Shown: positions 7,843 to 17,049 of the stretch, one piece after another | How the letters are laid out: the number at the start of each line of letters is the position of its first letter | Numbering within the stretch: the first letter of the stretch is position 1 | Virus record (IMG/VR): IMGVR_UViG_3300043442_000893 | Coordinates: 11,296-75,295 of that record | Reading direction: 5' to 3' (one strand) | Origin: a virus | Taxonomy: Duplodnaviria; Caudoviricetes | Length of the DNA stretch: 64,000 nt | The notes under the pieces: generated by a model | What the model saw: the letters and a program-made list of their open reading frames with translations, nothing else | What the model was told of the DNA's origin: nothing | The model's database searches: none | Program-made: the position numbers and the translations under genes

Positions 7843-9936
7843 ATGGAAAGCGACGCAATTGATCTTGGTCACGTTGGTAGTGGCGGAGTGAGGGCTGATG
7901 GCCTCCAGAACGTGCTCATTGGCATGGGCACTGGTCGTGACAAGGCGCAATATACTAAAACTACAGCCACAGTATTTCTGGCGCAAGAAGAACTAGAAAA
8001 TCTTTATGGTGAATGGCTTCCTCGTCGCATTGTTGATATTTATGCTGACCAAGCCACTCGAAAAGGCTTCAAAGTATTGTTTGGTGGCGATGGCGTTAGG
8101 GCCGAAGAAGTGCAAGGAATTGAGCAAGTAATTGAAGACCTCTACATCCTCGAACATCTCAACCTCGCAGCAAAGAACGCCCGTCTTTATGGGGGTGCTT
8201 GTCTACTTCTTTTTATTGACGATGGGCGTCCCGCTTACATGCCTGTCGATAAACGGAATATCCGTCGCATCGAAGACATTGAGTGTTTGGACCGATGGCA
8301 AATTGCGCCCGTTATTAATGAAGAAAACCTCTACGACTATTCAAAAGCCACTTATTATCAGATCATCTCTGGAGATTTAATTAACCAGCCGCAGCTTTCT
8401 TATATTCACAAAGACCGCATTCTTCGTTTTGATGGCGATTGGCTGCCATATCGCATTAGGCAAAGGAACTATGGATGGGGCATGAGCAGTTTGCAAACTG
8501 TTTATGACAGCTTCCGTCATTATTGGACGGGCTTGAATTCAGCAGCAACGCTCCTCACGGAGTTTGACATCTTTGTTCATAAAGTGAGGGGCCTTGCGGC
8601 AATGCTTGCTGCTGGCAAGGAAAGCTCCATTCGTGATCGTTTGCAAGTGAACGATATGAGCAAGAGCATCTATCGCGGCTACGCGATTGATGCGGAGAAA
8701 GAAGAGCTTGAATTTATTAGTCGCAACTTTGGTGGTATTGGAGAAATCCTTGAGAAACTGCGCGTGGATATTATTGGCGCCAGCAAAATTCCTCACACCG
8801 TGCTGTTTGGGGAGAGTCCAAGTGGTCTTGGCTCCACTGGTCGCAGTGAAGAGCGTGATTTCGCCAAAACGCTTGCTGATTATCAAAGCGTTCATTTCAA
8901 ACGGCCCATCAAGAAGCTGATGGAAATGATCATGCTTAGCAAGGAGGGCCCCACGAAAGGAGAACTGCCTGAGTCATGGCGCATTTCTTTCAATCCATTG
9001 TTCGAGCTTAATGAGCGCGAAATGGCCGACGTACGGGCGCGTGTGGCGGCCGTAGACGGTCGTTACATCCAGCTTGGCGTGCTGAGTCCCAAGGAAGTGG
9101 CAGATGCTCGTTACGGCGGTTCTGAGTGGAGCATGGAGCTTACGCTTGATCCGTCCGTAGTGCGGGAACTTCCCCAGTCTTCCACTCAAGCTGGGGGTGG
9201 TGCCACTCAGAAAGGGGGTGACGGGAAAATGGCAGTGCATCCTGGCGGTCGTGATCCTATGAACGAGGAGAACGGCACGCTTCCCATGGACGGAAGCCGT
9301 GAAGTGCAAGACGCTGCTGGCTTATTTCTGCCTCGTGATCTGGAGAAGGTGCGTGGTGACGTGACATTCACGGATAAAGAGCTGCATTCTCGGGCAGTAA
9401 GCGCTGCTAAGTCCAAATTCAAAGTGTGGCCTTCTGCTTATGCCAGCGGTTACGTGGTGCAACAGTACAAGCAAATGTACAAGAAGAAGCACGGTTCACT
9501 GAGCGGAGCATTCAAGAGCGACGAGCAAGAGCTTCATGCTGACGATCTTGATAAATGGTTCAAGGAAAAGTGGGTGAGGATTGGCGCCAATGGCGAAATC
9601 CTTGGTCCTTGCGGCGCTCGTGAGGAAAAAGAAGGCAAGCCTAAGTGCTTGCCTCAAGCCAAGGCGCAAGCCATGAGCAAAGAAGAGCGTCAAACAATTG
9701 TTGCTCGCAAGCGCAAGGCGGATCCCGATCCCGAACGTAAAGGCCCAGCCAAGAATGTGAGCAGCAAAGTTGATGCAATGGAGCCTATGAAAGTCGAAGG
9801 CTTGATTCTTTCCGACCTTGACGAAGCCGCATTGATTAGCGCCGAGGATATTGACGCTGCATTGAACCAATGGAAGGAGGAAGCGCCTGAGCGTTTCAAG
9901 GATATTCTGGAGGCTGAAGATGCAAGGCCTGAATGA
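7843..9936 (+). CDS. Portal protein (DUF1073/HI1409 type) with C-terminal extra domains
   Basis: LENLY..WLPRRIVD, ARLYGGA, IHKDRILRF, IPHTVLFGESPSGL; first gene of the head module; about 270 aa extension. Confidence 0.9.
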   Translation: MESDAIDLGHVGSGGVRADGLQNVLIGMGTGRDKAQYTKTTATVFLAQEELENLYGEWLPRRIVDIYADQATRKGFKVLFGGDGVRAEEVQGIEQVIEDLYILEHLNLAAKNARLYGGACLLLFIDDGRPAYMPVDKRNIRRIEDIECLDRWQIAPVINEENLYDYSKATYYQIISGDLINQPQLSYIHKDRILRFDGDWLPYRIRQRNYGWGMSSLQTVYDSFRHYWTGLNSAATLLTEFDIFVHKVRGLAAMLAAGKESSIRDRLQVNDMSKSIYRGYAIDAEKEELEFISRNFGGIGEILEKLRVDIIGASKIPHTVLFGESPSGLGSTGRSEERDFAKTLADYQSVHFKRPIKKLMEMIMLSKEGPTKGELPESWRISFNPLFELNEREMADVRARVAAVDGRYIQLGVLSPKEVADARYGGSEWSMELTLDPSVVRELPQSSTQAGGGATQKGGDGKMAVHPGGRDPMNEENGTLPMDGSREVQDAAGLFLPRDLEKVRGDVTFTDKELHSRAVSAAKSKFKVWPSAYASGYVVQQYKQMYKKKHGSLSGAFKSDEQELHADDLDKWFKEKWVRIGANGEILGPCGAREEKEGKPKCLPQAKAQAMSKEERQTIVARKRKADPDPERKGPAKNVSSKVDAMEPMKVEGLILSDLDEAALISAEDIDAALNQWKEEAPERFKDILEAEDARPE

Positions 9937-10603
9937 TTTATCAACGTTCGCTGCCGCTCTTGAACAGCGTCTTGACCAATCCTCATGGCGCTACGATCCC
10001 GTTAGTGGCCGTTATCGCGGAAGCAATGGACGGTTCCTCAGTCAGTCTGCCGTGGAAGCTTTGGTTGATGGTCGAATTAACAAGCTTGGCACTTTGCTAC
10101 GTCGTCTTACAAACATGCTTAGTAGCGGCGACATTACGTTGGTTCAATGGCAAGAAAGCGTAAGAGAAGCACTTAAGCTTGCGCATGTACAAGCCGCGAT
10201 CATTGGCAATGGTGGACGGGATACGATGCGGGCTTCAGACTGGGGGCGCATCGGTCAACGCCTTCGTGCGGAATATCGTTATCTGGAGGGTTTTGCTCGC
10301 GATCTTCTGGCTGGGAGCATTTCTACTCCCATGGCTCTTGCTCGCATCGGCATGTACGCTCAAGCTGTGCGAGGTTCTTACTGGGAAGGCACCACAATTC
10401 GGCAGGAGAAGCAAGGGTATAGCTTGATGCGACGCATCCTGGATCCGCAGGCAAAGCATTGTGACGACTGCTTGCGCTATGCAGGGCGAGGAGCTGTTCC
10501 CATTGGAAGCTTGCCCATGCCAGGCCAGCGTTGTGCTTGTATGTCCAATTGCAAATGCAGCGTAAAATACATGCGTCAACAAGCGCCAGTCGTGGCAGTG
10601 TGA
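9920..10603 (+). CDS. Head morphogenesis / minor head protein (Mu gpF, SPP1 gp7-like)
   Basis: Follows the portal; C-terminal HCDDC...C.SNCKC motif. Confidence 0.75.
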   Translation: MQGLNDLSTFAAALEQRLDQSSWRYDPVSGRYRGSNGRFLSQSAVEALVDGRINKLGTLLRRLTNMLSSGDITLVQWQESVREALKLAHVQAAIIGNGGRDTMRASDWGRIGQRLRAEYRYLEGFARDLLAGSISTPMALARIGMYAQAVRGSYWEGTTIRQEKQGYSLMRRILDPQAKHCDDCLRYAGRGAVPIGSLPMPGQRCACMSNCKCSVKYMRQQAPVVAV

Positions 10604-10605
10604 GC

Positions 10606-11331
10606 ATGGATGTTTTAGTTGGAAGCACTGGCCTGATTGGCAGAGTGTTGCGCGAGCATCACGACTTTGATTGCCGCTTTAATTCCGAAAATATTCATTT
10701 GGCGCCATTACTAAAGGACGATATTGATAAGCTTTATTTGGCTTGTTTGCCGGCGGAGAAGTGGAAGGCAAATCAGGCTCCGATGGCAGATTTTGATAAT
10801 ATGTATCACGTTTTGACAAAGATGAGGCTATGGAAGCCGAAGGAAATCATCCTTTATTCCACCATTGACATCTATAGTCAAACTTATAAATATGTGGAAA
10901 ACTTTCCAGAAATTCATGGCATTAATTATGGATCCACGCGCTATATTTTTGAGCTGCTAGTTAAGACCACATTCCCGGAAGCCGTAATTACCATCATTCG
11001 TCTCCCTGCATTATTTCATAGGCGCATTAAGAAAAACATTCTGTTTGATCTTCTCAATGGCAACAACATTGAAAAAATTAACGCCAATTCTTGCTACCAA
11101 TGGTACGACTTAAAGGACTTATGGCTTCACACTGAAGCCTGTCAAAAAGGCGGAGAGCATCAATGGTTCTCTGAACCTGTTGAAACTTTAGAGATTATTG
11201 ACCGATGGTTTCCATGGGCGAAGACAGTCGTCGATTGTGGGCCGCGCATTGAATATAACTATGGGCCTTATTTTTCCAGTAAAGAAACCACGCTGAAAAA
11301 GATGGAGGCATTTGTTAATGCTTGGAATTAG
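10606..11331 (+). CDS. NAD(P)-dependent sugar epimerase/reductase-like protein
   Basis: LVGSTGLIG Rossmann motif; STIDIY; YG..R; IIRLPALF. Confidence 0.8.
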   Translation: MDVLVGSTGLIGRVLREHHDFDCRFNSENIHLAPLLKDDIDKLYLACLPAEKWKANQAPMADFDNMYHVLTKMRLWKPKEIILYSTIDIYSQTYKYVENFPEIHGINYGSTRYIFELLVKTTFPEAVITIIRLPALFHRRIKKNILFDLLNGNNIEKINANSCYQWYDLKDLWLHTEACQKGGEHQWFSEPVETLEIIDRWFPWAKTVVDCGPRIEYNYGPYFSSKETTLKKMEAFVNAWN

Positions 11332-12058
11332 TGCGATTGGCTGGAAAGATGAAGAAGAGCATGAAATCTTAAGCGCCAATGCCGGTGCTTTTAATTTCAT
11401 TGAGCTGGTACCGTCTCGCATCTTTGCGAGAAATGAAGACTTTGGCGACATTGCAAAGCGCTATAGGGAGCATTATGGACTTTGGGCCTATTCAGCTCAG
11501 GCGCTGTTCTACGACAGCGCCGTTCAAAGCTTTGAGGACACTGCTGCCACGCAAGAGCATTTGCTGCGAGTGGTGAAGCTTGGCTCCTTGATGGGCATTA
11601 AGCGCTTCGTCCTTGGCAGTCCTGCCTTGCGCAGGGGGAGCCCGTCAAGCTTGATGGAAGTCCTAAAGCGCATGGATTCAATCCTTGAGGCGAATGATGC
11701 CATTCTTTGCATTGAGCCCATTGCAAAAGCATTTGGCGGAAAGTATTTTCATACGGTTGAGGAGATTATCAATCACATTGACTTCTATAACTTGCGCAAT
11801 GTGAAGACAATGCTTGATACAAATAATGCTTGGCTTCAAGGCGATAGTCCGATAAAGATTATTAAACATTACTTCCGTTTCATTGCTCACGTTCATATCA
11901 GCGACACTGACAATGGTCCCATTTTGAACCAGTATGAACATAAGCAAATCAAACGGCTCTTAGTTGCAAGCAGCTACCAAGGCGGAATCACGCGCGAGCT
12001 GGTAAATGTTTCTCAGCACCATCGTGAATATCCGCTGTTTAGACAGCTTTATGGCTAA
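11318..12058 (+). CDS. Sugar phosphate isomerase/epimerase (xylose-isomerase-like TIM barrel)
   Basis: GISAIGW, IELVP, VLGSP..R, CIEP, MLDT, HVHIS. Confidence 0.85.
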   Translation: MLGISAIGWKDEEEHEILSANAGAFNFIELVPSRIFARNEDFGDIAKRYREHYGLWAYSAQALFYDSAVQSFEDTAATQEHLLRVVKLGSLMGIKRFVLGSPALRRGSPSSLMEVLKRMDSILEANDAILCIEPIAKAFGGKYFHTVEEIINHIDFYNLRNVKTMLDTNNAWLQGDSPIKIIKHYFRFIAHVHISDTDNGPILNQYEHKQIKRLLVASSYQGGITRELVNVSQHHREYPLFRQLYG

Positions 12059-13002
12059 GCAATAATTTGTCTAGCCATGCTTTCAATGGCATAGACGCCT
12101 TGAATCTTGCCCGTGAAGAAAGAGAATAGATTTTCGTCTTGACGCATTAATGGCGTGCGATTAGCGCTGCAGTCCTTCGTCTTCGCTTTAATTGAAAGAG
12201 TGGGGAATAGATAGTCAAAGCTATCAGCAAAGTCTGGCCAATAACGTTCCACGTGTTGCTCAATTAATTGCCTTGCATTGTCCGCATTGTCGAGCGAGTT
12301 ATCGCTCATGACGCCATGCCTTACGTGGCTCAACGAGAAGCATTTGTTGTTGTATGGATAGATGGAAAATAGTTCTCCATCAATGTAGGTGAGGGCGCCA
12401 AATGGAAGAGGAGTCTTGGGGCGATAAATAAACATTGCCACTGCTTCAAAGAAATGAGAGGGCAATGGATCCAGGAGAGCATTGTTGGTGCAGTCGAAAA
12501 CAAAATCGTAATCTTGCTTCAATGCTTGCAGATTGCATTGCTGAATCTTTTCCTTTTTGACCAGTGGTTCCAGGTACCATTGAAAAAATAGGCTCGCTCC
12601 AATGGCATCAATGCGCTTTTCGGGAGTGGCTAGCAAAAGCGAGGTGTGGTTAAAGGCCTGTGGATCTAGCTGTGCATGCGGACCATTCCCGAAAATAATG
12701 GAAATAGTTTCAGCATCAAGAAGGCTTTCATCTTCCGACACTGCGTAGTAATTATTCTCCACGTCATGGACAAGGTCGCCATAGTCCTCCATGAAGCGCA
12801 CAAAAGTGGTGGCACACAAGCGGCGAGTGGCAGCATTTCTGGCATAGTGATAGCCATAGTGCAAGCGGTTTTGATTAATAAAAGAAGTTTCTGAAATGAG
12901 CGTATGATTCTTTTCATACAGCGTCACTTCCATCTCATCGCGGAATGTCATTGCTAAATGACATCCCACCCAGCCTCCGCCGATAATTGCCAAACGCTTC
13001 AT
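12055..13002 (-). CDS. FAD-dependent oxidoreductase (DAO-like)
   Basis: IIGGGWVG FAD motif; NQNRLHYGYHYAR; FTGKI. Confidence 0.85.
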   Translation of the reverse strand: MKRLAIIGGGWVGCHLAMTFRDEMEVTLYEKNHTLISETSFINQNRLHYGYHYARNAATRRLCATTFVRFMEDYGDLVHDVENNYYAVSEDESLLDAETISIIFGNGPHAQLDPQAFNHTSLLLATPEKRIDAIGASLFFQWYLEPLVKKEKIQQCNLQALKQDYDFVFDCTNNALLDPLPSHFFEAVAMFIYRPKTPLPFGALTYIDGELFSIYPYNNKCFSLSHVRHGVMSDNSLDNADNARQLIEQHVERYWPDFADSFDYLFPTLSIKAKTKDCSANRTPLMRQDENLFSFFTGKIQGVYAIESMARQIIA

Positions 13003-13697
13003 CAGATGTCAATGCAAAGGTGGGGTTGAACGCCTTGCCAGTTGCTTTTGGCTTTAGCGAGGTGCAATTGCGGGAAGTATTCGATGCGGCGCTGCATGCC
13101 AGTGCCGTATGGATCGGCGTGTCCCTGGTAGTTCCATTCATCAGGGCCGTGCTTGTCTGGATGGTAAATGTGGCAAGGCACGTCCTGGAGCTTCCAGAGC
13201 ATATAGTCCTCGTTAGGCACGCCCCACTGCTTCCATTGCTGCAATGCTTCAGGAGAGCTGTCCAAGTTCTTGATGGCCATCAAGCGCTCCTTGTGAGCCA
13301 TGAGGTAGTCGTGGCGATAAAGGCCAATGCTCATCGAAGGCGTTTGCTTCATTGCCACCTTCTCTGGAGCCTCTACAGGAGGCTCATAAGCCAGTGCCTT
13401 GAAGAGGGGGCCTGCAATGCACGTGTCATGAAGGAGAAACCAATACTGGCTCTCCATTGAATGTTCAACAATTTCAATGAGCGGCGTGTATTCAAAGGAA
13501 TTCTGCTGCGTCAGCAGCATCGGCACGCCTTTGTAGCTTGTATTGGCGCGAACAGTTTGACCGCCATTGACGATTAAAATTTCCTCTTGCTTGATGCCAG
13601 CAGCGAACAAACTGGGAATGATGACGGGAATTGTATGCGGGGCAAATTTCTTGCACGTACTAATGCAAAAGCGTATCGAACCAAGTGGTAATGTCAT
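13002..13697 (-). CDS. Putative GT-A fold glycosyltransferase
   Basis: N-terminal beta-alpha segment, NSFEY, WFLLHDT (DxD-like); cluster context. Confidence 0.6.
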   Translation of the reverse strand: MTLPLGSIRFCISTCKKFAPHTIPVIIPSLFAAGIKQEEILIVNGGQTVRANTSYKGVPMLLTQQNSFEYTPLIEIVEHSMESQYWFLLHDTCIAGPLFKALAYEPPVEAPEKVAMKQTPSMSIGLYRHDYLMAHKERLMAIKNLDSSPEALQQWKQWGVPNEDYMLWKLQDVPCHIYHPDKHGPDEWNYQGHADPYGTGMQRRIEYFPQLHLAKAKSNWQGVQPHLCIDI

Positions 13698-13757
13698 TTG
13701 CCTCCTTTTGCCATCAGTATAAAAGCCCCTTAAGATGACGAAGATTCAGGGGAGACT

Positions 13758-14981
13758 ATGGCCCGCATTCTGTATTGTGGCGATGCCTTTGTAGAGACAG
13801 GCTTTGGACGAGTGGCGCAATATTTGCTTCCTGCATTAGCAGAAGAGCATGAAGTGGCTGTATTAGCCGTAAACTTCCACGGCGACCCCCATCCAGAAGC
13901 AAAGAACTATACGGTTTATCCTGCCATGCTGCATGGCAATGATCCGTTTGGCTCCCATCGTATTGCAGGCGTCATCCAAGCATTCAAGCCAGATCTTGTA
14001 TGGGTGACTAATGACATCTGGATCGCCTTGCAACTATGGGAAAAGGCGAAGCCGTTGAAGGAGCAGCTTGGCTTCAAATGGTTTGTCTACACTCCCATTG
14101 ATTCCTACGGCTTGTTCCCAGACCTGGCTAAGCCCATGATGGAATGGGATGGGCTTGCCACTTATACGGAATTTGCCAAGAAAGAGCTTGAGCTGATGGG
14201 CTACACAAAGCCCGTGCGTATTATTGGCCATGGCACCGACTTTACGAAATTCTTCCCTATGGACAAGGAAGAATGCCGCAAGAAGCTTGGCGTGCCAGAT
14301 AATGTGTTTGTCGTTTTCAACGGCAATAGGAATCAGCCGCGTAAGCGCATTGATTTGACAATTAAAGCGTTCATCAAATTTGCCAAAGATAAGGACGACG
14401 CTCGTCTATGGCTCAATATGGGCAGCAAGGATTTGGGGTGGGAATTGGTGCCGCTTTTTAAGCGCGTGGCGCGTGATGAAGGCTTTGACCCAACAAGCAA
14501 GCTCATCTTGACAAGTCCGCACTATTCAGTGGATAACTGTCTTCCCATTGAGCAGTTGAACCAAGTGTATAACGCTGCCGATATTGGCATTAATACTTGC
14601 ATTGGCGAGGGATGGGGCTTGGTCAACTCGGAGCATGGCGCCACTGGCGTGGCGCAAGTGGTTCCAGACCATACAAGCTTGGCTGAAATCTTTGATGAGA
14701 TGCCTCGCATTGAATGCAATGCCAGCGAAACAGATCGAAATTACGGCTTGGAGCGTTTACTTCCAGATCCTGAATGCGCTGCAAATATTCTCACTTACTA
14801 TTACGAGAACCGCGACATTCTGAAGCAGCATGGACAATGGTGCTACAAGCGTCTCCATGAGGAGCCGTTTACATGGCCCTACATTCAGCAGCAGCTTAAA
14901 GATGCAGTGAATGAAACGCTTGCCGCCAAGCCTGCAGAGCCTGAATTCAAAGGCTTTGGCACTCCCGCCAAGATTGTTTGA
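13758..14981 (+). CDS. Glycosyltransferase family 4 (GT-B)
   Basis: TGFGRV, HGTD..F.P, NRNQPRKRID, YNAADI, GEGWGL..SE (Ex7E). Confidence 0.92.
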   Translation: MARILYCGDAFVETGFGRVAQYLLPALAEEHEVAVLAVNFHGDPHPEAKNYTVYPAMLHGNDPFGSHRIAGVIQAFKPDLVWVTNDIWIALQLWEKAKPLKEQLGFKWFVYTPIDSYGLFPDLAKPMMEWDGLATYTEFAKKELELMGYTKPVRIIGHGTDFTKFFPMDKEECRKKLGVPDNVFVVFNGNRNQPRKRIDLTIKAFIKFAKDKDDARLWLNMGSKDLGWELVPLFKRVARDEGFDPTSKLILTSPHYSVDNCLPIEQLNQVYNAADIGINTCIGEGWGLVNSEHGATGVAQVVPDHTSLAEIFDEMPRIECNASETDRNYGLERLLPDPECAANILTYYYENRDILKQHGQWCYKRLHEEPFTWPYIQQQLKDAVNETLAAKPAEPEFKGFGTPAKIV

Positions 14982-14986
14982 TTGCC

Positions 14987-15703
14987 ATGCAGATTTCACA
15001 AATCTTTCTTTCTACTGACCCAGCAGAAGAGCTGAGTCCATTTCTCAAGCATGCCACGGGAACTATTGACGCATGCTTCCCCGATGCTGAACATGTCATT
15101 TACAACAGCGATACGCTTCGTTCTTTCATCGTCGAAAACTATGAAGAAGAAGTGGTGTGGGCATATGATTGCCTGACACCATTCTCTTACAAGGCGGATC
15201 TTGGTCGATTCTGCTTGCTGAATAAGCTTGGCGGCTGGTATTTTGACATTGGCGTGAGAGCCTTCAATGCAGTGGACCTTGGCGATCGCATTGAATTCTT
15301 GGCTTTTCGTGATATTCAACGCTTTAGCTATACAAGCTGGGCCTGTGCCACGACGGTGCTCTATTCCAAGCCAAACAATGCAGCGCTGCAATCTGCCATT
15401 GAAATGATTGTGGCCAATTGCATTGAGCAATACTATGGCATCACGCCATTGTGTCCCACTGGTCCAACGCTTTTAGGCAAGGCGCTTGCTGCAAATGGAA
15501 GCCAAGCTAATTTCATCTACGGCGACTATCTTGAACTGACGCCGACGCATGGACAGAAGAACCGAGCATTCGTGCTTCCTGATGGCACGATCATGGCTTG
15601 GAGCAAGCCTGCAGGAGGCGGCGACCTTACTGGTCTTGGCGCCAAGGGCGTGAACAATTACAACGAGCTGTGGTCTGCGAGGAAAGTCTATGCAACCGTC
15701 TGA
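14987..15703 (+). CDS. GT32/Och1-like DxD glycosyltransferase
   Basis: KADLGRFCLL...GGWYFD; TGP.LLG. Confidence 0.85.
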   Translation: MQISQIFLSTDPAEELSPFLKHATGTIDACFPDAEHVIYNSDTLRSFIVENYEEEVVWAYDCLTPFSYKADLGRFCLLNKLGGWYFDIGVRAFNAVDLGDRIEFLAFRDIQRFSYTSWACATTVLYSKPNNAALQSAIEMIVANCIEQYYGITPLCPTGPTLLGKALAANGSQANFIYGDYLELTPTHGQKNRAFVLPDGTIMAWSKPAGGGDLTGLGAKGVNNYNELWSARKVYATV

Positions 15704-16406
15704 CTGCACCATTTATGCCGTGTGCATTCCAGGTGAGAAAGTGAGGTATGAGGCCCGCTCTCGCATCGTTCCCATCATGGGAGGAGCATATGCCTTGTCT
15801 AATGAGGAGCGTGAAACGCTCCGTGCGCAAGGCTATGTGTTTGACGATGAGAATGCTTCTCTTTCCACTCGTAATAGTCGATGGGGAGAATTGTCCTGTA
15901 TTTCTTGGATGATTCTTAATGCAAACGAAAAGAACATTGGCAATGCGCAATACAGGCGCAATTGGCTGGAGCCAAATGATCAATGGTACGACGAAAATAC
16001 CTTGTACTTTCCAGAGCCTGCATTGTTTAATTGCACACTTGAGCAGCAGTTCTATGGTGGACATTCCGCTTTTGACGCCCCTGCTATCACCAGAGAAATT
16101 GCAGACTCGGGAAGCTGGATTTTTTCAAGGGAAGAAATTGATGCCATTTGGAAGCAGAATAGCTTTATCGGCTGCAACATGGCAAGAGGGAGCAATGTTC
16201 AATACAAGCAGTTCATGAGCGCACTATTTGTGGCATTGGCGCCCATTTGGCACAAGCATGAAGAACAGTTTCTTCGCATTGGAGGCTATGACAAGCGGGC
16301 GCTGGCTTTTATTGCCGAACGCCTCATTACTGGCATGGTTTTGTATCGCGACAAACTTTTCCCTGGCATGAATATTGCCACCGCTCCTATAGGATTCATC
16401 CATTGA
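15690..16406 (+). CDS. DUF4422-like putative glycosyltransferase
   Basis: RNSRWGELS, IGNAQYRR, CNM, RALAFIAERL. Confidence 0.75.
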   Translation: MQPSDCTIYAVCIPGEKVRYEARSRIVPIMGGAYALSNEERETLRAQGYVFDDENASLSTRNSRWGELSCISWMILNANEKNIGNAQYRRNWLEPNDQWYDENTLYFPEPALFNCTLEQQFYGGHSAFDAPAITREIADSGSWIFSREEIDAIWKQNSFIGCNMARGSNVQYKQFMSALFVALAPIWHKHEEQFLRIGGYDKRALAFIAERLITGMVLYRDKLFPGMNIATAPIGFIH

Positions 16407-16432
16407 TTATGCTTAAGAAAAGCATTTAAGCC

Positions 16433-16741
16433 ATGACCAAGAAAGAAAAGCAGGCAAAAATTGCCAAAGTAATGCGCGAATTTAAAGCTGGAAAGCTCAA
16501 GGGGAGTGATAAAAAGCCCGTAACGAATCGGAAGCAGGCAATTGCTATTGCTCTTTCCGAGGCCGGCATGTCGATGAAGGGTAAAAGCGATGCGTACATT
16601 GATGCCTATATTGACACCATGATGTGCATGGAAGTGGAAGAACCGGAAGAAGAGAATGGAATGGAAGAGGAAATGGATGGGAGCTGTGAAAAAAAGCGCC
16701 GAGGGGAGACGCTGAAAGCTTCTCCCCTCCTGCTGCCGTAA
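16433..16741 (+). CDS. Small basic/acidic head-region protein (0-frame product)
   Basis: KIAKVMREFKAGKLK...VTNRKQAIAIALSEAG phage domain followed by an acidic linker. Confidence 0.8.
   Translation: MTKKEKQAKIAKVMREFKAGKLKGSDKKPVTNRKQAIAIALSEAGMSMKGKSDAYIDAYIDTMMCMEVEEPEEENGMEEEMDGSCEKKRRGETLKASPLLLP
16690..16729 (+). promoter_or_regulatory. -1 programmed frameshift signal
   Basis: In-frame A_AAA_AAG (16690-16696); stem GAGGGGAGA/TCTCCCCTC (16701-16729); upstream GGGAG. Confidence 0.8.
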
Positions 16742-17049
16742 GGAGCGCTGCCCGTCGTGGCTTAGAACTACGCAAGAAGCACGGTAAAGGCGGCTTGACG
16801 ACGCAGGAGGCGGGGAAGCAAGGCATTGGTAGTGGCGTGGCAAGAGCTGGCGATCTTGCTGGCGGCAGTAAAATTAGCTATGCCACCATCAAGCGCATGT
16901 CTGCATTCTTTTCTCGCCACGAAAAGAACAAAAGCGGAGGAGAGAATGATGCTGGATATATTGCTTGGCTTTTATGGGGAGGCGATGCCGGGAGGGCATG
17001 GGCAAATCGCATCATTAAGATGGTAGAAAGTCGAAACAAAGATCAATGA
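16690..17049 (+). CDS. -1 frame extension of the 16433 gene, a conserved phage head-associated domain
   Basis: Open frame APRGDAESFSPPAAVRSAARRGLELRKK..GVARA..TIKRMSAFFSRH..GYIAWLLWGGDAG; closed upstream by TGA 16687; no start codon before the domain. Confidence 0.8.
   Translation, partial: KKAPRGDAESFSPPAAVRSAARRGLELRKKHGKGGLTTQEAGKQGIGSGVARAGDLAGGSKISYATIKRMSAFFSRHEKNKSGGENDAGYIAWLLWGGDAGRAWANRIIKMVESRNKDQ

Noticed and set aside
16510-16516. T_AAA_AAG as a slippery site (also C_AAA_AAG at 59910)
   Set aside because: Imperfect heptamers, no clear stimulatory stem, and the -1 frames close without a recognisable domain
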